Shown: positions 11,386 through 21,598, counted from the stretch's first letter. The stretch is DNA of 64,000 bases from Cenarchaeum sp. (GCA_963692915.1 OY843584.1:1152001-1216000); one strand, 5' to 3'. The notes: generated from the letters alone by a model not told the origin. Numbers and translations are program-made.

Positions 11386-11688
11386 TCACACCACCGGATC
11401 GTGGACGCTCACGAGCTTTGTGCCGTCCTCAAACGTGGCCTCCACGTGGACTGATCGTATAAGCTCGGGCACTCCCGGAAGGACGTCATCACGCGAGAGA
11501 ACGTGTCGGGCCGAGCTCACCAGCTCTGGAACGCTCCGGCCATCACGCGCGCCCTCGAGTATGTGATCAGATATCAGCGCGACGGCCTCGGGATGGTTGA
11601 GGCGCAGTCCGCGCGCCTTGCGGCGCATGGCAAGCTGTGCTGCCATGAACACATGGAGCTTGTCCTCGTCTCTCGGCGTGAGCATCAT
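11386..11688 (-). CDS. ureA: Urease subunit gamma
   Basis: [19 protein letters not shown] and [16 protein letters not shown] motifs. Confidence 0.98.
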   Translation of the reverse strand: MMLTPRDEDKLHVFMAAQLAMRRKARGLRLNHPEAVALISDHILEGARDGRSVPELVSSARHVLSRDDVLPGVPELIRSVHVEATFEDGTKLVSVHDPVV

Positions 11689-11700
11689 GGGCCGCTCGTG

Positions 11701-11729
11701 GGCGCCAATCTATTTTAATAGTTCGCGCC
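11701..11729. promoter_or_regulatory. Bidirectional promoter ureA/ureE
   Basis: Single AT-rich palindrome CTATT-TT-AATAG (11710-11721) flanked by GGCGC/GCGCC, roughly equidistant from both starts. Confidence 0.6.
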
Positions 11730-11747
11730 ATGCGTGGGCGTGTCACG

Positions 11748-12215
11748 ATGGTCGGGGAGTGGACGATAGAGCGCAACGCTGGAGCCGATCCCCACGACGG
11801 TGACGGCAGTCTAGAGAGGCTGGCTCTCACGCGAACCGAGCTTGCGCGCTCGCGCGTGAGGAGGACAGCAGCGCGCGGGACAGACGTGGCCATATCCCTT
11901 GGAGCCGGCGTCCACCTCCACCGCGGCGACGTTCTTGCGTGTGGCGGCTTGCGCGTCCTCGTCGAACAGTCCCCCGAGAGCGTCATTGCAGCAAAGATTC
12001 CGGCAGGCGCCGGCGCGGGTGTCCTCATGGGCCACATTATAGGCAACATGCACCGGCCGATATCTATAGACGGCTCGACTGTGCGCTTTCCAATACAGGC
12101 CGACTCGGAGCTCGAGACGTTTGGGCGCCTCCTCGGCGCAGTCGACGGCGTGGAGATGACAGTCGAGGAGGCCGTCTTTGAGCCGCACGCGGGGGCAGAC
12201 ACGCATGGGCACTGA
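11748..12215 (+). CDS. ureE: Urease accessory protein UreE
   Basis: GHIIGNMHRP Ni-binding motif, short His tail, locus context. Confidence 0.9.
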   Translation: MVGEWTIERNAGADPHDGDGSLERLALTRTELARSRVRRTAARGTDVAISLGAGVHLHRGDVLACGGLRVLVEQSPESVIAAKIPAGAGAGVLMGHIIGNMHRPISIDGSTVRFPIQADSELETFGRLLGAVDGVEMTVEEAVFEPHAGADTHGH

Positions 12216-12903
12216 GGCGCACATTGAGGACCTGGCCCTCCTCCAGGTATCTGACTCGTTCTTTCCGGCAGGCCTCTATGCGACATCAAGCGGGCTTGAG
12301 ACGCTAGTTGCGCGCGGCGATGTCTCCGGGCGCGAGGCCCTAGAGGAGATCGTGCGGCTGCAGATCTCCCAGCAGGTCGGCCCGTCAGACTGTGTGGCCG
12401 CAATAGAGGCGCACCGCCTCGCCGGAGCCGGCGGGGCCGAGGCCGTGCGCGAGACTGACATGATGGCCATGGCCCTAAAGCCGGTCAGGGAGGCCAGGGA
12501 GGCGTCTGCAAGATCCGGCGCTCAGACCCTGCGTGCCGCACGCGAGATGAGCGATGCCGCCGTGCTCGGGCGCTACGCGGAGATGGTCCGCCTAGCCGAG
12601 ACGCCGGGGTCATATCCTGTTGCCCTCGGCGTGTCATGCCTTGCGCTAGGAATAGGCGCGCCGAGGGCTGCGCTCTCGCTCCTCTACGGGTTCTCTGTGA
12701 GCGTCATCGGCGCAGCACTACGGCTTGGGATCATAGACCACCTCGAGGGTCAGCGCACGCTCGGGGCGCTGCGGCCAGACATTGCGCGTGCCGTGGAGCG
12801 CGCGAGTGCGATGCGGACCGTGGACATGTGGCAGTTCACGCCACACCTTGACATATGCCAGATGGATCACGAGAGGGTCGATACGAGGATGTTTGCGACA
12901 TGA
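12205..12903 (+). CDS. ureF: Urease accessory protein UreF
   Basis: LQVSDSFFPAGLYATSSGLE and C-terminal HERVDTRMFAT. Confidence 0.93.
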   Translation: MGTEAHIEDLALLQVSDSFFPAGLYATSSGLETLVARGDVSGREALEEIVRLQISQQVGPSDCVAAIEAHRLAGAGGAEAVRETDMMAMALKPVREAREASARSGAQTLRAAREMSDAAVLGRYAEMVRLAETPGSYPVALGVSCLALGIGAPRAALSLLYGFSVSVIGAALRLGIIDHLEGQRTLGALRPDIARAVERASAMRTVDMWQFTPHLDICQMDHERVDTRMFAT

Positions 12904-13550
12904 GTGAGACTCGCAGGATTGCGCGCGTCGGGATTGGCGGGCCGGTCGGCTCGGGCAAGAGCATGCTAATCGAGCGCGTCGTTCCCATCCTAGCGCGCAG
13001 GGGATACAGCGTGAGCATCATATCAAATGACGTCATATCAAAGGAGGATGCCGACCGCATGCGCGAAAACCTCGCCACGAGGCGCGGCCTCCTGCCCGAG
13101 AACCTCGTCATTGGGCTCGCCACGGGCGGCTGCCCTCACACTGCAGTGCGCGAGGACCCCTCGATGAACCTTGCTGTCATCGAGGATCTCGAGCGCGACC
13201 ATCCTGGCCTTGACCTGATAATAATAGAGAGTGGTGGTGACAACATAACGACGACGTTCAGCCCGATACTTGCGGACTATTTCATATACATTATCGACGT
13301 TGCCGGCGGCGACAAGTATCCCAGAAAGGGCGGACTTGGCATAGAGACGTGCGACCTGCTCGTGATCAACAAGGTTGACCTTGCAGCCGGGGTCCACGCC
13401 GATCTTGACGTCATGCGCGCAGACGCGAAAAGGACGAGGGGTACAAGGCCGTTTATATTCACAAACTGCATGACTGATGAGGGCATAGCCGACGTGGCCG
13501 GCAGGATAGTGTCTGATGTCCTCTTTGATGCGCCGCCGGGGGCGCAGTAG
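12900..13550 (+). CDS. ureG: Urease accessory GTPase UreG
   Basis: GGPVGSGKS, GGCPHTAVRED, ESGGDN and NKVD motifs. Confidence 0.97.
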   Translation: MSETRRIARVGIGGPVGSGKSMLIERVVPILARRGYSVSIISNDVISKEDADRMRENLATRRGLLPENLVIGLATGGCPHTAVREDPSMNLAVIEDLERDHPGLDLIIIESGGDNITTTFSPILADYFIYIIDVAGGDKYPRKGGLGIETCDLLVINKVDLAAGVHADLDVMRADAKRTRGTRPFIFTNCMTDEGIADVAGRIVSDVLFDAPPGAQ

Positions 13551-13551
13551 C

Positions 13552-14385
13552 GTGGGGCACACCGCATCATGCGCGGGCCTCCTCGCCGTCTCCCTTGAGC
13601 GCCGGCATGGGGGTCGAACCGTTATTGCGTCACAGGAGAGCCGCGCGCCGCTCCTCTCGCAGCGTGCAATGTATGCTGATGCGCAGTTTGGCGGACTCGC
13701 AAGCGTGTGCATGATGTCATCATCAGGCGGCATCGTGCAGGGCGATGCGCACACGACGCGCATAGCGCTAGGGGTCGGCGCGCAGGCCCGCATCACGGCC
13801 CAGGGGGCAACTCGCGTCTATGGCATGGACTCGGGCAGCGCGACGCACAACGTGGACGTGAGCGTCGGCGAGGGCGCATACCTCGAGATGCTGCCCGGTC
13901 AGCTCATCCCGTATGCGCACTCACGCTATGCGCAGTCCACCGAGTGCGTAATCGACGACTCGGCGACTGTCATCTGCTCGGAGATAGTCACGCCGGGGCG
14001 CGTTGCCATGGGCGAGTCGTTCATGTATGACGCGTGCCACCTGTCCATGGCAGTGCGCAGCCAGGACGGTCGCCTTCGCCTTGCTGATGCAGCACGCCTC
14101 GAACCACGCGAGGGCGACATTGCCATAACCGGCGCGCTAGGCGGCAAGACTGTGGCCGGCAGCGCATACATACTCGCAGCCAAGCCGCTCGCCTCGGAGA
14201 TGTGTGAGTCCATAGCCGGCATGCGCGTCACCGAGGGCGTCTCGTGCGCCGCGAGTCCCATCCATGGTGGCGACGGCCTCACCGTGCGCATGCTCGCAGA
14301 CCGGCCCGAGGACATCGTGCGCACGATACGCGGCATTGCATCCACGCTTCGCCACCTTGCGCTCTGCGAGCCGCCTACCCCATGA
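13552..14385 (+). CDS. ureD: Urease accessory protein UreD
   Basis: SSGGIVQGD, TAQGATRVY and EIVTPGRVAMGESF motifs. Confidence 0.92.
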   Translation: MGHTASCAGLLAVSLERRHGGRTVIASQESRAPLLSQRAMYADAQFGGLASVCMMSSSGGIVQGDAHTTRIALGVGAQARITAQGATRVYGMDSGSATHNVDVSVGEGAYLEMLPGQLIPYAHSRYAQSTECVIDDSATVICSEIVTPGRVAMGESFMYDACHLSMAVRSQDGRLRLADAARLEPREGDIAITGALGGKTVAGSAYILAAKPLASEMCESIAGMRVTEGVSCAASPIHGGDGLTVRMLADRPEDIVRTIRGIASTLRHLALCEPPTP

Positions 14386-14734
14386 CGATGCGGTCACCAG
14401 AGACTGACATGACAGAGCCTCCGGCATCCCGCACTGCCCGCTTTAGCGCCCTGTCCATCGTCGCGACGATCCCGCCGTTGCGGCGCACGTGCCCGACTAT
14501 TGCCGCATCGGCATATTGACCCCCTCCAAGGTCGACTGTCCTGCGCGAGTCCATTGCCTCAAGGGCGCGTGCTGCGCCATGGCTCGAGTCGCGCAGCCTG
14601 CGCAGCTCGGCGACTACGGCGTCGGGGACGACAAATGAGACATCGCCGATCTCCTCGGTGAGTGAGTCGATGTTGAGTATGCGCACGCTGTGGATGTGAA
14701 CAAGAAAGCTCGTGTCACAGAGAACGTCAGCCAA
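14375..14734 (-). CDS. PIN-domain nuclease (Fcf1/Utp24-like)
   Basis: LCDTSFL, VVAEL, ADAAI and VATMDRALK motifs; usual position downstream of aIF2-gamma. Confidence 0.85.
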   Translation of the reverse strand: MADVLCDTSFLVHIHSVRILNIDSLTEEIGDVSFVVPDAVVAELRRLRDSSHGAARALEAMDSRRTVDLGGGQYADAAIVGHVRRNGGIVATMDRALKRAVRDAGGSVMSVSGDRIVMG

Positions 14735-16010
14735 CCGTGCCAGCACCTATGAGGCGCCACCTGTCGGCCATCTTGCGGCTGATCGCGACACTGCGACCCC
14801 CAAGAAGGCAGACGCTCCGGCGAAATTCCACTGTTACGCGGTTGCCCTTGGCCGACTTTACCTGGCACAGGGCCGGCGCGGTTCCGACGCTCAGGCGCAG
14901 CATCTCGCCTGCCTTTATCGGGGAGATCTTTGTGTCAGTCTCGCCGACTGCCACATCAAAGAGGCTGACCTCCATTGTGGCCCCCGAGACGTTCTCCGGA
15001 AGCGAGCCGGGCACGCCGATGACCGAGCCGGTCAGGCTGTCACCGGCCGTCATTGCCGGATCGAGCCTAGTGCCTATTGCCACGAGGCCTCCGGGCCTAA
15101 CCTCCTCGACACGCCCCGCACCGGTTCCAAGCGAGACTATTGTAGTCGTGAGCGGGTCATGGCGTCCCTTGCGCTCGTCTAGCACACCGGGCCGAATCTC
15201 GATCTCGTCACCGACGCGCAGCGAGCCCTGCGTGAGGCTGCCGCCGATGACGCCTCCGGAGATTCCGCCAATGTCAGTGCCCGGCCTATTGACGTCAAAT
15301 GAGCGCAGGACGTGCATTATGGATTGCTCAGAGGGGTCGCGCTCCGGGGTCGGGATCGTCTCGTCGATCGAGGTGATGAGCGCATTAGTGTTGAGCGAGG
15401 ACTGGGCAGAGACGGGAAGTATCGGCGCAGACTCCCTCCCGCTGCCCTTGAGGAACGCGGCTATGGCGTCATGGTTCTCGATGGCCTGCTCGTACGTGAG
15501 GAGGTCGACCTTGTTCTGAACCACGACGATCTGCTTTATGCCGAGTATGTCAAGGGCTAGGAGGTGCTCCTCGGTCTGGAGCTGCGGAACCTTTTGGTTG
15601 GCCGCAACTACGAGGAGCGACCCGTCCATGAGGGCTGCGCCTGAGAGCATGTTTGCCATGAGGCTCTCGTGGCCGGGGCTGTCGACAAAGCTCACGACGC
15701 GCGAGAGCTCGGACTCTGAGCCGCACTCGGGGCATTTTGGCGACGTCGAATGCCCAAGCGGCGGCTCGCACGATGCGCACTTGTAGAATGCCGCATCCGT
15801 ATAGCCGACGCGTATCGTGATCCCGCGACGCAGCTCCTGGCTGTGAACGCTCGTCCAGCGGCCTGTGAGCGACTGGATTAGCGTGGTCTTGCCGTGGTCG
15901 ACGTGACCTGCGGTGCCAATGTTGACGCATGGCTGCCTTCCGTGTTTTTTGACGTACCAGTCAGGCAACGTGTCGTTCCAGCTCAACGAGGCCGGATCGC
16001 GTGCGTTCAT
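14727..16010 (-). CDS. eif2g: Translation initiation factor 2 subunit gamma
   Basis: GHVDHGKTT, RGITIRVGY, Zn ribbon, DSPGHE and NKVD motifs. Confidence 0.97.
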   Translation of the reverse strand: MNARDPASLSWNDTLPDWYVKKHGRQPCVNIGTAGHVDHGKTTLIQSLTGRWTSVHSQELRRGITIRVGYTDAAFYKCASCEPPLGHSTSPKCPECGSESELSRVVSFVDSPGHESLMANMLSGAALMDGSLLVVAANQKVPQLQTEEHLLALDILGIKQIVVVQNKVDLLTYEQAIENHDAIAAFLKGSGRESAPILPVSAQSSLNTNALITSIDETIPTPERDPSEQSIMHVLRSFDVNRPGTDIGGISGGVIGGSLTQGSLRVGDEIEIRPGVLDERKGRHDPLTTTIVSLGTGAGRVEEVRPGGLVAIGTRLDPAMTAGDSLTGSVIGVPGSLPENVSGATMEVSLFDVAVGETDTKISPIKAGEMLRLSVGTAPALCQVKSAKGNRVTVEFRRSVCLLGGRSVAISRKMADRWRLIGAGTVG

Positions 16011-16013
16011 ATG

Positions 16014-16487
16014 TTAAGCTTTTTGCTTTTTGGGGCCGTCTGCGGCTCCCGCACCCACGTCGTCCTTTGCCGACTCCGCTGGCGCGTCGCCTGAGCCCTC
16101 GCCGGCGCTAGCTCCAGGGCTGTCCCCGGCGGCCTTTGGATCCTCAAGCTTGCCGTCATACAGGCAGTTCACCTGAAAGACCTCCTCAGTTATCTCGCGT
16201 CCGCGCACTAGCTTGCGCACGCGCTGGCCGCGTCGCGCATGCGGAAGGCCAACGCCGCGCGAGAGCATGACATACTTGCGCGAGCCTCCATGGACGTCAC
16301 CGCGCATGGGAACGCCAGACTTGTCGCTGCCCCCTGTTATCGTGATCTTGCCGGCAAGACCGGCGGCGGCCGCATCAAGCTCGGTGCCGATGGCAGCGCC
16401 TATGAGCTGGTTGGCCTCGGCATCCTTTAGCTCGTGAGTCGTGGAGCGTCCCCGCGTGTCCGATATGGCTAGCTTGAATGTCGCCAA
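16014..16487 (-). CDS. rps6e: 30S ribosomal protein S6e
   Basis: ITGGSDKSGVPMRGDV and RVRKLVRG motifs; likely TTG start. Confidence 0.95.
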   Translation of the reverse strand: MATFKLAISDTRGRSTTHELKDAEANQLIGAAIGTELDAAAAGLAGKITITGGSDKSGVPMRGDVHGGSRKYVMLSRGVGLPHARRGQRVRKLVRGREITEEVFQVNCLYDGKLEDPKAAGDSPGASAGEGSGDAPAESAKDDVGAGAADGPKKQKA

Positions 16488-16552
16488 GTGCGCACGAGGC
16501 ACGTGCCTTGGTTAATTAACCTTGTGAGCGAGTCAGGCCGACGCGCGCACGC

Positions 16553-18766
16553 CTACCCTATCGTGTATGTTGCCAGATCTGAGCTAGCAGAGTCAGCAGC
16601 GCGTATCGTGTACACGCCCGGATACTGGTCACGCGGAACGATCCACTCGCCGCTAAATGCGCCCTCCGCAGTAGAGCGCGCAATTTGTGCAAAGATAATC
16701 TCGCCGTTGTCGTGTGTCACCGTTATGTCCACGGGCTCACCCCCAGCGGCGCCTTCACCACGTATGGTGACTGTCTTGCCAGTCGCTGCCGGAGTCTCGC
16801 TGATCTGCATCTGGATTCCCGAGGTGACCTCGATGACAACGTCAAATGACGTTGTTGCCGACTGTGTCCCGCTGCGCGCCATGAGCGTCCACGTGCCCTG
16901 CTCGGGGCTTGAGCGCACAAAGAATGATCCCGTGAACTTTTTTCCTTCTGTCGTGAACGTCTCGAGCGTTCTTACCTCCTCGCCAGATGGGTTGATCATG
17001 ACAATCTCGACGAGCGACTGGGAATTTTCGCTCACGCCCAAAACCGTGACCAGCTCGCCTGGCGTGTAGAGATCCTTTGTAGTCGAGATCGTCATCGTTC
17101 CAGCATTGTTCTGGAGCCCCACGGTGAACGTGCTCTCAGCCGAGTTGTTCCCATAGTAGGCAATCGCGGCGTATATCCCGCGAGTAAAGTTGGAAAGATC
17201 GAACATTTGCACATAGTTGCCCTCAACGTCAAGGGAGATCTTGATGCGCTTCTCCTCCTGCTTCTTTGCCGGATGCACCATAACGAGCGTCGCGTCTGAC
17301 TCGCTGCGTCCTGACACCGATATCGTCGCCGTCTCGCCGAATGCATAGTTGAGCTTGTCCATCTTTACGATAAACGGAATCTCAGGCCTCGCACCCAGGC
17401 CCACATATGAGAACGCCTCCTCGATTCCCTGCGAGAGGAGCATGACGTATGTCCCTTTGGAGTATTGTGTCTCCGTTGAAATCTCAAAGGCCACGCTGCC
17501 CGAGTCATCCACGACGATAATGTCCTCATAGACTGAGGTTCCCTGCGGGTTCTCGAGGATCACTGCAAGGTCGAGGTTTGGCTGTGCCGTGCCCCTAAAC
17601 TCGAGCGTATCGCCAGGGTTGTACATGAACTTGCGCGGCTGTATGCTTATTGGCAGGCCCGATTCGAGATCCCAGCTCTGGCTGACCGTCGAGCTTCCGT
17701 CGTATATGACTGCAGTGTAGCGCCCTGGACTCCAGCTTGACTGCGTGTTGATGGTGCGCGACCACGTGCCTTCAGGGCCGACCTGGAGCGTATTGACCGA
17801 TATCGCATAGTCAAGCGGGTGCTTTAGCGTCACAAGGAGCGATGTGCCGGGCTGAGCCGTGCCGGACAGGTTCACCTCCTTGCCACCGAGGATCATCTGC
17901 GCGACGTCGGCGGCGGTGAGCGGTTGCTCGATGCTGTCGTTTATGACCGTGACTGCCCCGACTGACCGCTCGCGAGGCTCGTCGATCCGCACGGGCTTTT
18001 GCAACGTGTTGCCCATGTCATCAGACAGCGCAAAGTCAACCCTGGTCGCCGGTGCGGTAAGCGGCACTGTTGTCGTGTACACAAACCGGCCCGACTCACC
18101 GGTCTCTATGGAGCCGAGGTCAGTCGAGCCGAGCGAGAGCGAGAGCGTGCTGTTGGCCCCAAAGCCGTCACCGACGACTCGTATCGCTGAGCCCTGGTGT
18201 GGTCCACTTGGAATCACCCTAAACTGCGACGTGCCGTCGATTATGCCGGCCGGCAGCGCATCCGGGACATCCGGAGCGCCGGGCCCCTCGCCTGTCCCAT
18301 TGTCATCACCGGCCCCTGGTGGCGGTGGAGGCGGAGGCGCCTGGCCTGGCGCGACCTTGCCCTGGTCAAGCGTGTTGCCGGCCGCGTCTAGGGCGCGCCA
18401 GTTTATCCCATCGGCTGCAGCAGATGTCTCGACGCCAAACTGAGCAGACTCGCCGGCCATCGGCGTCACTGATGCTCTAAACGAGAGGAGCGCCTCGGCC
18501 TGGCGCGAGCCAGTCCAGCCGGCGCCAGTCTTGAAGGACTCAAAGGAGTTCCCTGCGGCAAGCCACATGTCGACTGAGGCGACTGGCACGCTGCCCGAGT
18601 TTACCATCGTGATGATTACCGTGTTGCCAAGGGAGTGCCCCGTCACTGACACGCCTGCGTCCTGCGCGAGCGCTGATCCGCCGACCATCGCAATGGCCAC
18701 AATGAGCGTGCCAAGTACTGCCCCATGCCGCATGCGCGCCGTCTGGCGCGCCTCTAAATTAACCAT
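16553..18766 (-). CDS. Large secreted beta-rich (Ig-like repeat) protein
   Basis: Signal peptide ending ALA-Q, poly-Pro linker, repeated YxxG(D/E)xxxxxG...GxYxxx modules. Confidence 0.75.
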   Translation of the reverse strand: MVNLEARQTARMRHGAVLGTLIVAIAMVGGSALAQDAGVSVTGHSLGNTVIITMVNSGSVPVASVDMWLAAGNSFESFKTGAGWTGSRQAEALLSFRASVTPMAGESAQFGVETSAAADGINWRALDAAGNTLDQGKVAPGQAPPPPPPPGAGDDNGTGEGPGAPDVPDALPAGIIDGTSQFRVIPSGPHQGSAIRVVGDGFGANSTLSLSLGSTDLGSIETGESGRFVYTTTVPLTAPATRVDFALSDDMGNTLQKPVRIDEPRERSVGAVTVINDSIEQPLTAADVAQMILGGKEVNLSGTAQPGTSLLVTLKHPLDYAISVNTLQVGPEGTWSRTINTQSSWSPGRYTAVIYDGSSTVSQSWDLESGLPISIQPRKFMYNPGDTLEFRGTAQPNLDLAVILENPQGTSVYEDIIVVDDSGSVAFEISTETQYSKGTYVMLLSQGIEEAFSYVGLGARPEIPFIVKMDKLNYAFGETATISVSGRSESDATLVMVHPAKKQEEKRIKISLDVEGNYVQMFDLSNFTRGIYAAIAYYGNNSAESTFTVGLQNNAGTMTISTTKDLYTPGELVTVLGVSENSQSLVEIVMINPSGEEVRTLETFTTEGKKFTGSFFVRSSPEQGTWTLMARSGTQSATTSFDVVIEVTSGIQMQISETPAATGKTVTIRGEGAAGGEPVDITVTHDNGEIIFAQIARSTAEGAFSGEWIVPRDQYPGVYTIRAADSASSDLATYTIG

Positions 18767-18784
18767 GCTCCCACGGCGTGCGCA

Positions 18785-20869
18785 TCACACGCCGATCCTG
18801 TCGAGCTCGCCGCGCGCGGCAATGTTTTCGTACTGGCGTATCCTCTCGGCTATGAGCCTGTAGAGGGACCGAAAGTTGTCACGTGTCTTGTCTGACAAAA
18901 AGTCGGCCTCGTCGAGCGCAATCTTTTCGCAGATATAGCGCGTGATCTCCTCGTTCTCAAAGGTGCCCCAGTTGTCCTCCCTGTGATCCTCCCAGATCGA
19001 GTGGAGGCTCTCAATCATCCCATCCTTGCTGCGTGCGGCAATGTCCTCTGGTGTCAGGTTGCCGTACCCCTCTGAGCGCAGCTTTATCTCGTATGTCTGG
19101 TTTACCGCATGGAGATAGTCTTCAGTTGTCATATAGTCCTCTATTGAACGCATCGTGCCGCCCTCGCGCTCGAAGAATATCATCTGGACCTGCGAGAACT
19201 TGTTGGCCACGAGCTGCGAGGAGATCTGCTTTGACTCGTCGCTGTTGTCAAGGAGGACAAACGTCCTGTACCCATGGTTCTTGTAAAAGACGGCTAGCGG
19301 CATGACAGAGTTCTTGTTGAACGCAGCAACTATGTTGAGCGGGTTCATCGATATGTTCGGATCCTTGAGAAACTTGTCAAACGCGTTGAGGTACATGCAA
19401 TCAGACATCGTCTCGACGATGATGACAGGCCTCGAGTTGGTCCCTATCTCCCTGTCTACTATCGAGTCGACGAGCCCCCGCGAGAGGCCATAGAGTATGG
19501 GCGTGAGCGTGTTGTCATCGGCGTTCCAGTAGTCATAGAATATACGGCTCAGGTGCTTGCGCTTGTCGAGCTCAACGACTAGGAGGTTGCCCGGCGTGTA
19601 GTCAAATATCATGAACGGCGAGTGCGTCGCGTAGAGGACCTGGTTTGAGCCCGCAAGCGACTTGAGGAGGTCAGATATCCCGCGCTGCTGCGTGGGGTGC
19701 AGGTTGCGCGCCGGCTCGTCTAGGAGGAGTATGGCCTCCTTTAGCTCGGCCCGCTGGGTCTCGGCGGCAAAGTTGACGATAAACGAGAACGTCCACTTGA
19801 ATCCCTCGGCGCGCCTGTTGAGGAGTCCCGTGTTGGTGACTGTGCCGTCACGGTGAATGTCAGAGATCACGACGCTGATGATGTTGCCCGGCTGGTAGCG
19901 CAGGTCCACGCGTATTGGGTCGCCGCGCCATGCGGGGTTTAGCCTCTCGGTCAGGCGGTTGCTCGCAGTTGTCAGGAACTTTATGACCTTGGAGGGGCTG
20001 TCGCGCATGTCGTCAAGCTCCTCTATCGCAAGCTCAGAAAGGTAAAAGAGGTTTCGCACAGTCTCGGCCTTGTCAAACTCCTCGACATACTCTATTCCCG
20101 AGCGCGCCTGTGGATCCTTGATCTTTGTGTACTCGTTGAGGTCAATGTTGCCGTATATCTTTTTGTAGTCAGAAAAGTAGACAAAGCGCGGATGGAGCTC
20201 GCTGGCGATAAAGTTCTTTAGCGCCTCCAGGTCCGACGTGCCGCTCAGCAGGCTAGAGAACTGGTTCTCAGGACTCGAGTAGAGCTTGTCCCACTCTGCA
20301 ACGACGCGCGATTCGTCGCTTGAGAGCATATGAAAACGGTTGCTGAATTCGGCCATGAGCGTGTCAAACTCGGCCTGGGTTCGCGGCGGCGCGCGCGAGA
20401 ACGCCGACGTGTCAAGCTGTATGCGAATGTGATTTGGTATCGTGTCGAGGAACGCCATTATTTTGCCGATAAAGTTCTCCCATGAGTTGAGAGCCTTGTT
20501 CTCCGTGTCGCTTATCTCAAGATCCCCAAAGTCGTACTGAACCCCGTCGCTCTTGTTGGTCCGGTACACGCGGACGCGCTCTATCTCGCGAATTGCGGGG
20601 AACATCTCCCTGATCATTATGGTTTCCTTGGCACTTAGCTCAAACTCGCCCTCGGCGAGCGTGACTTCGGACTTTAGCTCCTCGGACATCTCGTCGCACA
20701 GGTCAAGCTCGGAGACCTTCTCGTCCCTGTTGAGGAGCGTGAGGGCCTGCAGGATCGTCGTCTTGCCGCTCTCGTTGCGACCCACAAAGGCGGCGAGGTC
20801 ACCGACATTGATCTCCCCAGAATCGTGTATGCAGCGATACGCCCTGACTCGGAACTTGCGGAGCCTCAT
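18785..20869 (-). CDS. ABC/AAA ATPase + TOPRIM protein, OLD-nuclease-like
   Basis: GRNESGKT, LLLDEPARNLHP, ATHSPF, then IIVETMSD / LLDNSD TOPRIM-like motifs. Confidence 0.8.
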   Translation of the reverse strand: MRLRKFRVRAYRCIHDSGEINVGDLAAFVGRNESGKTTILQALTLLNRDEKVSELDLCDEMSEELKSEVTLAEGEFELSAKETIMIREMFPAIREIERVRVYRTNKSDGVQYDFGDLEISDTENKALNSWENFIGKIMAFLDTIPNHIRIQLDTSAFSRAPPRTQAEFDTLMAEFSNRFHMLSSDESRVVAEWDKLYSSPENQFSSLLSGTSDLEALKNFIASELHPRFVYFSDYKKIYGNIDLNEYTKIKDPQARSGIEYVEEFDKAETVRNLFYLSELAIEELDDMRDSPSKVIKFLTTASNRLTERLNPAWRGDPIRVDLRYQPGNIISVVISDIHRDGTVTNTGLLNRRAEGFKWTFSFIVNFAAETQRAELKEAILLLDEPARNLHPTQQRGISDLLKSLAGSNQVLYATHSPFMIFDYTPGNLLVVELDKRKHLSRIFYDYWNADDNTLTPILYGLSRGLVDSIVDREIGTNSRPVIIVETMSDCMYLNAFDKFLKDPNISMNPLNIVAAFNKNSVMPLAVFYKNHGYRTFVLLDNSDESKQISSQLVANKFSQVQMIFFEREGGTMRSIEDYMTTEDYLHAVNQTYEIKLRSEGYGNLTPEDIAARSKDGMIESLHSIWEDHREDNWGTFENEEITRYICEKIALDEADFLSDKTRDNFRSLYRLIAERIRQYENIAARGELDRIGV

Positions 20870-20983
20870 TTGGGACACCCTTGCGCAACGCGTGATTTAA
20901 CCCGTTGGTCATATTTGGCTACATTATGGCGTAAATTTTGTTAAATAGATATAAGGGAAACTTGGCGAGGCGTGCCTAGAATC

Positions 20984-21421
20984 ATGGCCTCACGCGTCAG
21001 CGCCACGCTCGTCTTTATCCTCCCTGCAGTCGCCTCAGTTGCCCTCGGCGGCGTGGTCATGGCCCAGATTCTCCAGGAACCCGGTCGCGGGGGCACAGAT
21101 GCCTCTGAGCACGTCACGATAGTGGGTCTCGAGGACGCATACGTGGCGCCGGTGGCCGTGAGTGCCCACGTGCATGTAACGCACAACGCTTTTGACTGCG
21201 GCGACCTAGACATCAGGGTCAGCGAACGCCAGACGGGGAGGATAGTGGGCAACAGCGGGTTCTTTGGACAGTGCTTTGCGAGCACCAACACGATGATACC
21301 CGTCGACGGGGCATTCTCCATAAATGTCGCCGAGGCCGGAACGTACGAGATGACAGCCACCATCAGGGATGCGCAGGGAAGAAACAGCGCTAGCACAACA
21401 GGGGTGTTTACGGTAAGCTGA
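20984..21421 (+). CDS. Hypothetical membrane-anchored exported protein
   Basis: N-terminal hydrophobic helix, beta-rich domain with two Cys; divergent TATA region upstream. Confidence 0.65.
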   Translation: MASRVSATLVFILPAVASVALGGVVMAQILQEPGRGGTDASEHVTIVGLEDAYVAPVAVSAHVHVTHNAFDCGDLDIRVSERQTGRIVGNSGFFGQCFASTNTMIPVDGAFSINVAEAGTYEMTATIRDAQGRNSASTTGVFTVS

Positions 21422-21447
21422 CCGGCATGGCAGGCGTGGTGGAATAA

Positions 21448-21597
21448 GTGGCCAGGGAGACCAAGGCCGAGCGCATCAAGAGGGCAAAGGCCGAGCTCGA
21501 GTCACTAGAGGAGAAGAAGCGCGTCCTTGAGGAGACAAGGCACAGGACAAGCAAGCAGAGGGTCGCAGAATCACACGCCGGAGACAGTGCAGAGTAG
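21448..21597 (+). CDS. 49-aa charged coiled-coil peptide (not in ORF track)
   Basis: GTG...TAG open frame MARETKAERIKRAKAELESLEEKKRVLEETRH..., ending 1 nt before the next ATG. Confidence 0.55.
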   Translation: MARETKAERIKRAKAELESLEEKKRVLEETRHRTSKQRVAESHAGDSAE

Positions 21598-21598
21598 G

